A stretch of DNA of 64,000 bases, from sequence record OL780484.1. One strand, 5' to 3'. Position numbers and translations under genes: made by a program. Positions 35,727 through 44,826 of the stretch are shown piece by piece. The stretch is from Escherichia phage vB_EcoM-E33. The stretch's first letter is position 1, and every line of letters starts with the position of its first letter. Under the pieces are notes generated by a model. The model made no database searches, was not told where the DNA came from, and saw only the letters and a list, made by a program, of their open reading frames with translations.

Positions 35727-36227
35727 ATGAAAAAGTTAATTATCGCAATGAGTATGCTCCTATCAGGTTGCGCGGTCCAATATGGTGATACAGTTTCGGC
35801 CGATGAAGTTGGTAAAGCTCGTATCGCAGCTGAACAGAAACAATTCGATGGCGAAATGAAATTCCGTGCAGGTTCTGGACTTGTGTACACCCGAGCTAAT
35901 AATCAATGCGGTAATAACTGTGCAAAATATGCTCAACAAGAAATCGAATTCCAACGTGAACAAGAGTCCAAGCGTGAAGCGGTACTAGCCAAACACCAGG
36001 CAGAAATGAAGCGTCAAGATGATTTGTACAAAAAGCAGAAACTGTATGCGATGTGCGTAAACCATATCAATCTACAGATTTCCATCCACGAGGCTCGTTA
36101 TTACGAAATGCTCGAAACCGAGAGCTTCGGTAAAGCTCGTGATTATAAGAAACAAATCGATAAGCTCAAGACCAAAGTACCGGCGGCAATAGAACAGTGT
36201 ATTGAAATCGGTAAAGATAAGATTTAA
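35727..36227 (+). CDS. putative lipoprotein
   Basis: Signal peptide with lipobox LLSGC; 166 aa. Confidence 0.5.
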   Translation: MKKLIIAMSMLLSGCAVQYGDTVSADEVGKARIAAEQKQFDGEMKFRAGSGLVYTRANNQCGNNCAKYAQQEIEFQREQESKREAVLAKHQAEMKRQDDLYKKQKLYAMCVNHINLQISIHEARYYEMLETESFGKARDYKKQIDKLKTKVPAAIEQCIEIGKDKI

Positions 36228-36287
36228 GCAATACCAATTTATTAAAAATAGTGTATAATGTACCTACATTCACTTGAGGAACAGATA

Positions 36288-37961
36288 ATGAAAAAGGTTG
36301 TTATTTTAGGCGCGGGTCTTGGCTCACGGTTGTATCCAATTACCAACGAAATCCCGAAGGTACTGGTTAACTACAAACAACATACTGTATTAAAACATTT
36401 GTATGATTTGTATAGTAATCAATCAGATGAAATTATTCTGGTTATTCACAGCAAATTTAACGACCTCGTTAAAGGCTATATTAAATCCATTAACATGATT
36501 AATAGTGATAAGCCTAAATTCACTATTCGTAACGTTGATGTTGCCAATGGTTCGGCTCATGCTATCGATTGCATTGCCGAAGATATCATTGGGCACAATG
36601 TCTTGTTTAACTGGTGTGATATTATTCCTGAAGGTCATAAAGTTGAGTGGGATAACGACTACTGTTATACCTATGGGACTGACTGTCGTTTTACATTTGA
36701 AGAACCGTACTTGCGTGAAATTGGTACCGGTGGTGGCGTAGTTGGCTTGTATCAGGTGGCTAATTGGACAGGTTTCGACCGTTCTAATTATGGTGAAGAC
36801 CTTGCTGACAACCTGGATTCAATGGTCCATTTGACTGAACGTAAGTTAGACTTTGTAGTTGATGTTGGTGACAAACTGAAACTGGCTAAGGCGCATGAAG
36901 ATTCTGAAATTAACCGTGAATTTAATAAATTAGAGTTCACCGAGAATCTAGCTATTAAAGTACCAACTAACGAATTGGGTAAAGAAATCCAATCTAAAGA
37001 AATCAATTGGTATAATTCTATTGATTCCGAATTCGTTCCTAGCATTGTAGACTTTGCTCCAGGCGAATTCATTAAAATGGAACGTATCTTTGGTCGAACC
37101 ATGGCAGATGCCTACCGGTTTATGTCTAAAGAAACTAAAGTCCTAATGGTTTATAAGGTTATTAGTGCATTACGTTCGTTCGGTGGAACTATCGATAATC
37201 CGTCCGATGAGCAATGGTATTCTGATGTTAAGAAAGAAGTATTGGACAAGGTCCTTATTCGTAATGCTTCTATTGCCGGATTGATTGAAGGCTTTGCTCC
37301 ACAGGGTATTACCCATGTTAACGACTTCAAGGTAGGCGACCCAGAAAAACTTCTTCGTCACGCCTTAGAAATTCTGTCTGAACATAAAGAACCGTACCAA
37401 CTTATTCATGGCGACCCGCACTACAGTAATATTATGTTGTCGGACGAAGGTAATATTAAAATCATCGACCCACGTGGTTATTTTGGTAATAGTTCTAAAG
37501 GCCCTGCGATTTATGATGAAGCTAAGGTGCTTTATTCTATCGATGGTTATGACAAATTTAACTCTGACCCTCTATGGGGTGGCTTAACTCGTAACGGAAC
37601 TCGTGTATTCGTTGATATTGAAAAGGTTATGCCTTTAGATGATATTCCGATGTGTACATTTAAGCACAAGCTCTGGATTGCTGTTATCTGGATGGCATTG
37701 GCAGGTTACTTTAAAAATAACCCTCTGAAAGCTCTGGGCGCTTATTACAATGGGCTATATCAACTGAGTGTGCTGCTGAAGCGGCATCCTCGTAAGCGTA
37801 AGCTTATCACAGGTGAATTCGTTGATGAAGTTCGCGACCCTATCACGGCTCAAATTATCACTCGTTGTCCTGATAAGTGGGTTTTGCTTGACCAGGAAAC
37901 TGGTGTAAAATATAAACCTACAGGTTCTACCGAACTCCACAAACAATGGAAGAAAATTTAA
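36288..37961 (+). CDS. bifunctional sugar-phosphate nucleotidyltransferase / kinase-like protein
   Basis: N-term ILGAGLGSRL (G-x-G-x-R nucleotidyltransferase motif); C-term HGDPHYSNIML...IIDPRG (APH/choline-kinase-like catalytic loop); start at ATG 36288 after GAGGA. Confidence 0.55.
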   Translation: MKKVVILGAGLGSRLYPITNEIPKVLVNYKQHTVLKHLYDLYSNQSDEIILVIHSKFNDLVKGYIKSINMINSDKPKFTIRNVDVANGSAHAIDCIAEDIIGHNVLFNWCDIIPEGHKVEWDNDYCYTYGTDCRFTFEEPYLREIGTGGGVVGLYQVANWTGFDRSNYGEDLADNLDSMVHLTERKLDFVVDVGDKLKLAKAHEDSEINREFNKLEFTENLAIKVPTNELGKEIQSKEINWYNSIDSEFVPSIVDFAPGEFIKMERIFGRTMADAYRFMSKETKVLMVYKVISALRSFGGTIDNPSDEQWYSDVKKEVLDKVLIRNASIAGLIEGFAPQGITHVNDFKVGDPEKLLRHALEILSEHKEPYQLIHGDPHYSNIMLSDEGNIKIIDPRGYFGNSSKGPAIYDEAKVLYSIDGYDKFNSDPLWGGLTRNGTRVFVDIEKVMPLDDIPMCTFKHKLWIAVIWMALAGYFKNNPLKALGAYYNGLYQLSVLLKRHPRKRKLITGEFVDEVRDPITAQIITRCPDKWVLLDQETGVKYKPTGSTELHKQWKKI

Positions 37962-38320
37962 TGCATCTGTGTTTTGATATCGATAATACCATTACTCACT
38001 GGCAAGATGACCGTGATTACGAAAACTTTAAACCGGACACCGAAATGGTGTCCATGATTAATAAGCTTTATGATGAAGGGTACGAGATTACCTTGTTCAC
38101 TGCCCGTGGTATGACTTCATGCGGCCCGGGTCGAATCTTGGTTGAAGTAGTTCCTGCATTAGTTAAGAACCTTGAAAAGATTGGATTGAAATATCACAAT
38201 CTGCTTACACATAAGCCGAGTTATACTTTTATCATCGATGACCGAGCAATCCGTCCTGACCACTTTAAAGAAATGGTTCGTGAAGGAACTCTTGAAACCT
38301 ATAAGGCATATCATCCGTGA
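37961..38320 (+). CDS. HAD-superfamily phosphatase-like protein
   Basis: Motif I FDIDNTIT (DxDxT), LFTARG, IIDDR; TAATG overlap with upstream gene. Confidence 0.5.
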   Translation: MHLCFDIDNTITHWQDDRDYENFKPDTEMVSMINKLYDEGYEITLFTARGMTSCGPGRILVEVVPALVKNLEKIGLKYHNLLTHKPSYTFIIDDRAIRPDHFKEMVREGTLETYKAYHP

Positions 38321-38853
38321 AACCAAAAATCATTGTTATCGACGGCCCGGATAATTCCGGGAAGTCTACTTTAATTGAATCACTTTTATCTGATAAGAAA
38401 TATCGTCTTATTGATTTCCCTAAAAAGATTAATGGCAAATGCATTTCATTAGGGACCGATAATGACAAGGCTTTAGTCGAGACGTTGTATAAGTTTTTAG
38501 ACCCTAATTTCGTTTACATCCTTGACCGTGGTTATCCAAGTAATATTGTTTACTCGGGATTCCTTCGCGGTGAAATGGACCCTTATGTAGAACTGGAAGA
38601 TTGGAAAAGGTTTAAATCTGAATTCAATATTATTGAGGTTATTTTAACCCGTAATCCACTGGATAAAGACTTTGAAGATGACCTTATTAAATTAACCAAA
38701 GATGAGTTCAACCTAACTATCCGCCAATACGAAACATGTTTTGAAAACGTGTTTAAAATCTTAAATCACGACGGCCATAATAACTTGCTTAACGTCGATA
38801 TGGTAGAATTAAAACGTCTGAATGAATATATTGAAAATAAGGTGAATAAATGA
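38317..38853 (+). CDS. thymidylate-kinase-like P-loop nucleotide kinase
   Basis: IVIDGPDNSGKSTL Walker A, RLIDFP and LDRGYPSNIVYSGF resemble TMPK motifs. Confidence 0.5.
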   Translation: MKPKIIVIDGPDNSGKSTLIESLLSDKKYRLIDFPKKINGKCISLGTDNDKALVETLYKFLDPNFVYILDRGYPSNIVYSGFLRGEMDPYVELEDWKRFKSEFNIIEVILTRNPLDKDFEDDLIKLTKDEFNLTIRQYETCFENVFKILNHDGHNNLLNVDMVELKRLNEYIENKVNK

Positions 38854-39548
38854 AACACATTACCGCTGTTAGTTTTGAAAACGCGTTTAAGCAAATGAAC
38901 GAAGAAATCCTGGAAGCTCCACAGTTTGCAGTTGATTCTCGTATCGGCCGTTGTTATGAAATTGGTTCTGCTTCGGTAGAAGTACTGGATGCAAGCACCT
39001 ATAAATTCACCGACCCTCGTATTAATCGTATCAACTATGATTATGCCGAATCTTTCTGGAAGTTTATGATTTCTGGTGGTACTGACGCCGCCGAAGCATT
39101 TAAGGAATACCCTAATGTTGCTAAGTTCATTGATAAGCCGAAAAGTGACGTATTGCCTGCAAACTTCAACACTTTCTATGGACCTAGAATTGTGGCCCAA
39201 CTCCCAGCCTTACTTAAAGAGCTTAAAGAGAAGCCTAACTCAAGACGAGTTGTGTTCCAAATTCTCCAAGAACAAGACCAAGCCCTCCTTGATTCTGACG
39301 AATCCTTAGAATATCCATGTACTGATTCAGTGACATATTATATTCGTGATGGACGTCTTTATGCACATACCCATATGCGTTCACAGAACTGTGCTATTGT
39401 TATGCAGCTGGATTTCTATCTGCAGGGTAAACTGATGGCCTTTATTGCTGAACAGTGTGGTGTTGGTCTGGGTACGTATTCCCATACTATGGTTAGTGCA
39501 CACGTATTTGAACGTGATTTTGACTACGTTCGAGGATTCCTGAAATGA
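38850..39548 (+). CDS. thymidylate-synthase-family pyrimidine hydroxymethylase (divergent gp42-like)
   Basis: KPNSRRVVF, catalytic-Cys motif YPCTDSVTYYIRD, MRSQN, SAHVF align to remembered T4 gp42 motifs; low overall identity. Confidence 0.5.
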   Translation: MKHITAVSFENAFKQMNEEILEAPQFAVDSRIGRCYEIGSASVEVLDASTYKFTDPRINRINYDYAESFWKFMISGGTDAAEAFKEYPNVAKFIDKPKSDVLPANFNTFYGPRIVAQLPALLKELKEKPNSRRVVFQILQEQDQALLDSDESLEYPCTDSVTYYIRDGRLYAHTHMRSQNCAIVMQLDFYLQGKLMAFIAEQCGVGLGTYSHTMVSAHVFERDFDYVRGFLK

Positions 39549-40438
39549 GTTTGTTTATCGTTCCTATTTTCAGTATGCGTAGTTACGAAACAGGTGAATA
39601 TGCCGTCCTTAAGGACGGTAATTTTCAACTCCATTTAAACCGTGCTTGCCAAGGTGATTATCTGGCTTATCCTAGAAATTCGAGCGATATCAAAGAATGC
39701 ATTGAATTATTTCCTGAACTGAATTTTGTACCTCTTTGGTATAAAGAAAATGCTTATGAAACTCGTAAACATTTTTGGTCTGAAAATGAGTTCGTTGTTG
39801 ATTCGTTAATCGAATACTATGACTGCTCAGGATTGGTAACCGATATCACAGGTTATGATGGCACTCAGACTGTACAATTCAACTTTAACATTACAATGGA
39901 CCCTGAAGTTCCTCGTTATTATATCGACGAGTTTATTGATACCGACGTGTCCTCAGTTGAACGTTCGATTTATACCACAGTCCTGAATCAATGCCAGAAA
40001 GACGTCCTGGTGTCACGAGGTGCGTCCTCTGATAAGATTTTTGTAGACCAAAAGGTAATTAATCCGGCAGTAATTGAGCGTTACTCTGAAGGCCTAGCGC
40101 CTATTAAAATTGATGGTATTTTCCATCCATTCCGTATCTCTGATAAATGTTATCAATTCGAAAGAGTTGTAGACCAAGCTGCGGCTGAAGGTTCTCGCCT
40201 TTATATCACCGATCCGAATGATTCATTTAAGCGTGAAGACTATCGTCCTGATGTAGAGATTATTAAATTCAAACCGAGTAAGGTTGAATATTATCAGATT
40301 CTGAAATCAAGACCTCATATCATTTATCATGAGAATCCCAGTTTAGTATTTCATCCTGGCCTGGCTGAATTCATTTATTTCGGTGCCCACATCCATTCTG
40401 AGCACGAAATGCCAAGTTATGAGGACGTGGTCCTTTAA
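39545..40438 (+). CDS. hypothetical protein (occupies T4 beta-glucosyltransferase slot)
   Basis: 297-aa ORF coupled to the upstream gene; no motif recognised. Confidence 0.45.
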   Translation: MSLFIVPIFSMRSYETGEYAVLKDGNFQLHLNRACQGDYLAYPRNSSDIKECIELFPELNFVPLWYKENAYETRKHFWSENEFVVDSLIEYYDCSGLVTDITGYDGTQTVQFNFNITMDPEVPRYYIDEFIDTDVSSVERSIYTTVLNQCQKDVLVSRGASSDKIFVDQKVINPAVIERYSEGLAPIKIDGIFHPFRISDKCYQFERVVDQAAAEGSRLYITDPNDSFKREDYRPDVEIIKFKPSKVEYYQILKSRPHIIYHENPSLVFHPGLAEFIYFGAHIHSEHEMPSYEDVVL

Positions 40439-40515
40439 CGCTGTAAATGTGAAGTGATATAATTACCCTATCTTAAAACGTGAGTAAAATATAATGATGC
40501 CTATGGAAAAATATA

Positions 40516-41688
40516 ATGTCTGATTTAAAATCCCGTTTGATTAAAGCTTCTACTTCTAAAATGACCGCCGACCTGACCAAATCTAAATTGTTTAATGGTC
40601 GTGACGAAGTTCCTACTCGTATCCCTATGCTGAATATTGCATTAGGCGGTGCGTTGAATGCAGGCTTACAATCAGGTTTGACAATCTTTGCTGCTCCATC
40701 TAAACACTTTAAAACGTTGTTTGGACTTACCATGGTTGCGGCATATATGAAGAAATATCCAGACGCAATTTGTTTGTTCTATGACTCTGAGTTTGGTGCT
40801 TCAGAATCTTATTTCCGTTCGATGGGTGTTGATTTGGAACGTGTGGTTCATACACCAATCCAGTCAGTCGAACAGCTTAAAGTTGATATGACCAACCAGT
40901 TAGAAGAAATTACTCGTGGCGAAAAGGTTATTATCTTTATCGACTCCATTGGTAACACTGCTTCTAAGAAAGAAACCGAAGATGCTTTGAACGAGAAAGT
41001 TGTAGGTGATATGACTCGTGCTAAATCACTGAAATCTCTGTTCCGTATCGTAACACCTTATCTGACCATCAAAGATATCCCTTGTGTAGCAATTAACCAC
41101 ACGGCTATGGAAATTGGTGGAATGTACCCTAAAGAGATTATGGGTGGTGGTACTGGTATTCTGTACTCTGCTTCTACCGTGTTCTTTATCTCTAAACGTC
41201 AGGTTAAAGATGGTACTGAGCTCACTGGTTATGACTTCACACTGAAGGCCGAGAAATCTCGTACGGTTAAAGAGAAATCAACGTTCCCGATTACAGTGAA
41301 CTTCGAAGGTGGTATCGACCCATTCAGTGGATTGCTTGAAATGGCTACTGATATTGGCTTTGTCGTGAAACCTAAAGCTGGCTGGTATAATCGTGCATTC
41401 CTTGACGAAACCACAGGCGAAATGGTTCAAGAAGAAAAAGCATGGCGTGCTAAAGCTACCGATTGTGTCGAGTTCTGGGGACCGCTGTTTAAACATGCCC
41501 CGTTCCGTGAAGCAATCGAGAATAAGTATAAGCTCGGTGCAATTAATTCTATTAAAGAAGTTGACGATGCAGTGAACGACCTTATTAACTCTCGTGTCTC
41601 TAAGAACGTTGCTGTTAAATTAGGTGGTAATGCCCAAAGCGCCGCTGATATCGAAAACGATTTGGAAGAGATGAATTTAGATGACTGA
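40516..41688 (+). CDS. uvsX: recombinase UvsX (RecA-like)
   Basis: 390 aa; MSDLKSRLIKASTSK..., Walker A GPSKxFKT, colinear with remembered T4 UvsX. Confidence 0.95.
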   Translation: MSDLKSRLIKASTSKMTADLTKSKLFNGRDEVPTRIPMLNIALGGALNAGLQSGLTIFAAPSKHFKTLFGLTMVAAYMKKYPDAICLFYDSEFGASESYFRSMGVDLERVVHTPIQSVEQLKVDMTNQLEEITRGEKVIIFIDSIGNTASKKETEDALNEKVVGDMTRAKSLKSLFRIVTPYLTIKDIPCVAINHTAMEIGGMYPKEIMGGGTGILYSASTVFFISKRQVKDGTELTGYDFTLKAEKSRTVKEKSTFPITVNFEGGIDPFSGLLEMATDIGFVVKPKAGWYNRAFLDETTGEMVQEEKAWRAKATDCVEFWGPLFKHAPFREAIENKYKLGAINSIKEVDDAVNDLINSRVSKNVAVKLGGNAQSAADIENDLEEMNLDD

Positions 41689-42010
41689 TTTATCTGATTT
41701 AGATAATTTCGTTAAAGATACCGAAGAGGGTCCTAGTGACCCTCGTTATTATGAGAAATCATTAGATATAATCCGTAAGTCAATGGGTTCTGTTAAGCAG
41801 GAAATTATGCTTACTTTACCCGATGGCACTGCTCACATCGTTTATGTGATGAATATTGTTATTGAGAAAGATGGAAAAGTGTCGGTTGATTTCGGAACAC
41901 CTTCCGAAGACCGAAAAGAAGAGCTAGCGCTTCATGTAGAAAAATGTGTTACAATGCAAATACAAGAAGAACTGGATAAAATTAAATCTAAGAGGTGGTG
42001 GAAGTGGTAG
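41681..42010 (+). CDS. gp40-like protein (by position between uvsX and 41)
   Basis: 109-aa ORF overlapping both neighbours. Confidence 0.4.
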   Translation: MTDLSDLDNFVKDTEEGPSDPRYYEKSLDIIRKSMGSVKQEIMLTLPDGTAHIVYVMNIVIEKDGKVSVDFGTPSEDRKEELALHVEKCVTMQIQEELDKIKSKRWWKW

Positions 42011-43434
42011 AAACTATTTTGGCTCAACTGCTAGGCAATAGTGATTATTTCACTAAGGTCTGGCCTTATATGAATGATTCTTATTTTGACCAGGGTCCTG
42101 CAAAGACCCTTTTCAAAGAAATTAAAAAACACGTCAATGAATATAATGCAGTGCCTTCTAAGAACGCATTGAGCATTGCATTAGATAACAGTACGCTTTC
42201 AGAAGTTGAACATCAAGGCGCTAAAGAGCTTTTAAGTTCGCTGAACGCCGGGCCTGAAGACCAAGAATGGTTGGTTAAAGAGACGGAGAAATACGTTCAG
42301 AAAGCAGCGATGTATAATGCAACTTCAAAAATCATTGAAATCCAAACTAATGCCGACCTTCCAGTTGAGCAACAAAATAGAAAACTTCCAGGTATTGGTG
42401 CTATTCCAGATATCATGCGTGATGCATTATCGATTTGTTTCGATTCTGAATTAGGTCATGACTGGATGGATGACTATGAAGAACGATTCAAAAGTTATTC
42501 CGATAAAGCACGTAAGGTTCCGTTCCGTCTTAATATTCTGAATAAGATTACCAAAGGTGGTGCTGAGTTTGGTACTGAAAACGTATTGTTGGCAGGAACA
42601 AACGTAGGTAAGTCTCTTGGTCTTTGTTCATTGGCTGCTGATTACCTTCAATCTGGTTACGATGTTCTTTATATCTCCATGGAGATGGCAGAGGAAGTAT
42701 GTGCTAAGCGTATCGATGCCAACCTTCTGGACGTGTCGCTGGATGATATCGATGATGGTCACGTCTCGTGGCCTGAATATAAAGCTAAGATGGATAAATG
42801 GCGTTCAACTGCTACTTTAGGTCGTTTAAAGATTAAACAGTATCCTACTGGCGGTGCTAATGCCGATACATTCCGTGCATTATTAAACGAATACAAGCTC
42901 AAACAAAACTTTGTCCCACAGGTCGTTATCGTTGACTACTTGGCTATCTGTGCATCGTCTCGTACGAAAGTTTTCTCTGAAAACAGTTACGGATTGATTA
43001 AGATGGTTGCTGAAGAACTACGTGGACTTGCAGTAGAGAAGAAATTACTGTTGTGGACTGCAGCCCAGACTACTCGTGGTGCGAACGTTGCAGCCGAAAT
43101 CGATATGGCCGATATTGCTGAATCCTTTGGTATTGCACATACTGCAGACTTCATGTTGGGTGTGGTCGAGACAGAAGAGTTCGCTCAGATGGGTATGCAG
43201 ATGGTTAAGCAGCTTAAATCTCGTTATGGCGATAAGAGCTACTACAACAAATTTAAGATTGGTGTTAAGAAAGGAAATCAACGTTGGTACGAAGTTGAAG
43301 ATGATTCCAACCCAGGCCCAGTGAACACTGTTCGTGAGGCTACAGGTGAGATGAATCGCCAGGCCGAGGTCAATCGACAGACGCGTGTTAATAGAAGTGA
43401 TTTGGACGATTTAGCAGCATCTATCAAATTTTAA
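41995..43434 (+). CDS. 41: replicative DNA helicase gp41
   Basis: 479 aa; Walker A GTNVGKS, YISMEMAEEVCAKRIDAN, colinear with remembered T4 gp41. Confidence 0.95.
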   Translation: MVEVVETILAQLLGNSDYFTKVWPYMNDSYFDQGPAKTLFKEIKKHVNEYNAVPSKNALSIALDNSTLSEVEHQGAKELLSSLNAGPEDQEWLVKETEKYVQKAAMYNATSKIIEIQTNADLPVEQQNRKLPGIGAIPDIMRDALSICFDSELGHDWMDDYEERFKSYSDKARKVPFRLNILNKITKGGAEFGTENVLLAGTNVGKSLGLCSLAADYLQSGYDVLYISMEMAEEVCAKRIDANLLDVSLDDIDDGHVSWPEYKAKMDKWRSTATLGRLKIKQYPTGGANADTFRALLNEYKLKQNFVPQVVIVDYLAICASSRTKVFSENSYGLIKMVAEELRGLAVEKKLLLWTAAQTTRGANVAAEIDMADIAESFGIAHTADFMLGVVETEEFAQMGMQMVKQLKSRYGDKSYYNKFKIGVKKGNQRWYEVEDDSNPGPVNTVREATGEMNRQAEVNRQTRVNRSDLDDLAASIKF

Positions 43435-43454
43435 GGAGCTTCGGCTCCTTTTTT
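43435..43454 (+). terminator. rho-independent terminator
   Basis: GGAGC-ttcg-GCTCC followed by T6. Confidence 0.7.
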
Positions 43455-43463
43455 GTTTTAAGG

Positions 43464-43492
43464 GTTTACATCTCCTGTAGGCGTGATACTAT
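43464..43492 (+). promoter_or_regulatory. early promoter (GTTTAC ... TGATACTAT)
   Basis: -35 43464-43469, -10 43487-43492, conserved block. Confidence 0.55.
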
Positions 43493-43516
43493 AGACCTAT
43501 CAACTTGGAGAACAAA

Positions 43517-43834
43517 ATGAAAACCATCGACTGTAAAGCAGAATATAAAGTGTATTATCATGGAAGTTGTAGTGTTGCTAATATCGGTAATATGCTTTGT
43601 CCTCCTGAGGAAACAGGAGTTCTGTCTGAAACCAGTCGTAAGAAAAACCTGAATCGTGTGTTCTTTACTGAAGATATCGGTTTGGCTAAGATTTATGCTG
43701 GACGTGCAGCCCGTTCAGTGGGAGGAGAACCTCGTCTTTATCGTGTAATTGCTCCGGTAGATGTGGTTTGTTTAAATGATACTAAAGGCGCTACGGTTTA
43801 TCATGCTGAATGGGCCTTCTGTGAGGAAATCTAA
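43517..43834 (+). CDS. hypothetical protein
   Basis: 106 aa from ATG 43517 after GGAGA SD; lies between 41 and dmd. Confidence 0.45.
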   Translation: MKTIDCKAEYKVYYHGSCSVANIGNMLCPPEETGVLSETSRKKNLNRVFFTEDIGLAKIYAGRAARSVGGEPRLYRVIAPVDVVCLNDTKGATVYHAEWAFCEEI

Positions 43835-44038
43835 ATGCCTAAATTAGAGAAAGTAGTGTTTATTGGTTGGTTTGAAAATGGTAATATGTTTACCAAAGAA
43901 ACCGTTCTGGATGTTAGTGACCAAAATATGATTGAATGGGTTACAGTGCAGTATGCAGAAGTGAATAATGCGCTGGTGAAAGCCTTTGTTGATGACAATA
44001 AAGTTTTTGAGTGTGATTACCGTTCTAACGAAAAATAA
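43835..44038 (+). CDS. dmd: Dmd antitoxin (anti-RnlA/LsoA)
   Basis: 67 aa; KVVFxGWFxNxxMFTKE...TQYAEVNxALVKAFxDDxKV matches remembered T4 Dmd; position between 41 and 61. Confidence 0.6.
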   Translation: MPKLEKVVFIGWFENGNMFTKETVLDVSDQNMIEWVTVQYAEVNNALVKAFVDDNKVFECDYRSNEK

Positions 44039-44040
44039 CA

Positions 44041-44070
44041 GTTTACATCAAAGGGATAATGCAGTATATT
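44041..44070 (+). promoter_or_regulatory. early promoter (GTTTAC ... TATATT) with inverted repeat GGGATAAT/ATTATCCC
   Basis: -35 44041-44046, -10 44065-44070. Confidence 0.5.
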
Positions 44071-44098
44071 ATCCCTATCAACTACCGAGGAGAACATT

Positions 44099-44392
44099 AT
44101 GAAAAAGTTATTAATCGCAGCAATTCTTGCCGTAGCATCATGTGGTACAGCCCCAGTTACTGCTGGACTTGATAAAGACCTTTGTGAATGGTCTATGACT
44201 GCAGACCAAGAATCAGTCGAACATCAGATTTATGCTGATATCATGAACATCACTAAACGTGACCGCCCTGATATGGTTAAAGAAGTGTCAGACCAATTGG
44301 CTTCAAGCGGCGTTATGCAGTATAACTATGTTCTGTATTGTGACGCTAATTTCGATAACAAAAACATCGTTAAAGAGGTGACAGGTGAATAA
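44099..44392 (+). CDS. Spackle-like periplasmic protein
   Basis: 97 aa with signal peptide/lipobox VASC; size and position match T4 sp (61.3). Confidence 0.4.
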   Translation: MKKLLIAAILAVASCGTAPVTAGLDKDLCEWSMTADQESVEHQIYADIMNITKRDRPDMVKEVSDQLASSGVMQYNYVLYCDANFDNKNIVKEVTGE

Positions 44393-44825
44393 GATTAACA
44401 GAAATTTAGTTATCAAAAAACTTCGTTGTAAAAATCCAAATGCACAGGCATACAGGATGTTTTGGAGCGACGACCACCAATACCTAGGTTATTTTCTTGT
44501 TGATAGTGATGATAGAATTACAATGGCTCATAAACTTCTTAACAGAGAATTAAACCATTGGCAAGAACTTATTGCGGTGAGGTCTAAATTATTTTCATGC
44601 AATACAATGCACCAATTGGTTTATTTTTTCGCCGATGGTATTCCTGACAAGGTTGAGTTTGATGGGTTTGAATTTAAAGACATCCTCCCGGACAACGAAT
44701 TGAACGACTGTGTTAATATGGATATCCCTAGCAAGTATATCAAAAACAGTCTGTTGAAAATTCTGGAAGCTCCGGTTTATTCAATTGACGACCAGATTTT
44801 TAATGCCTTTATGAATCGAGGTTAA
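44385..44825 (+). CDS. hypothetical protein
   Basis: 146-aa ORF. Confidence 0.45.
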   Translation: MNKINRNLVIKKLRCKNPNAQAYRMFWSDDHQYLGYFLVDSDDRITMAHKLLNRELNHWQELIAVRSKLFSCNTMHQLVYFFADGIPDKVEFDGFEFKDILPDNELNDCVNMDIPSKYIKNSLLKILEAPVYSIDDQIFNAFMNRG

Positions 44826-44826
44826 T

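Noticed and set aside
40439-40515. Late or middle promoter upstream of uvsX (multiple TATAAT-like hexamers)
   Set aside because: There is no TGCTT Mot box or exact TATAAATA; several overlapping A/T-rich hexamers make any single assignment arbitrary.
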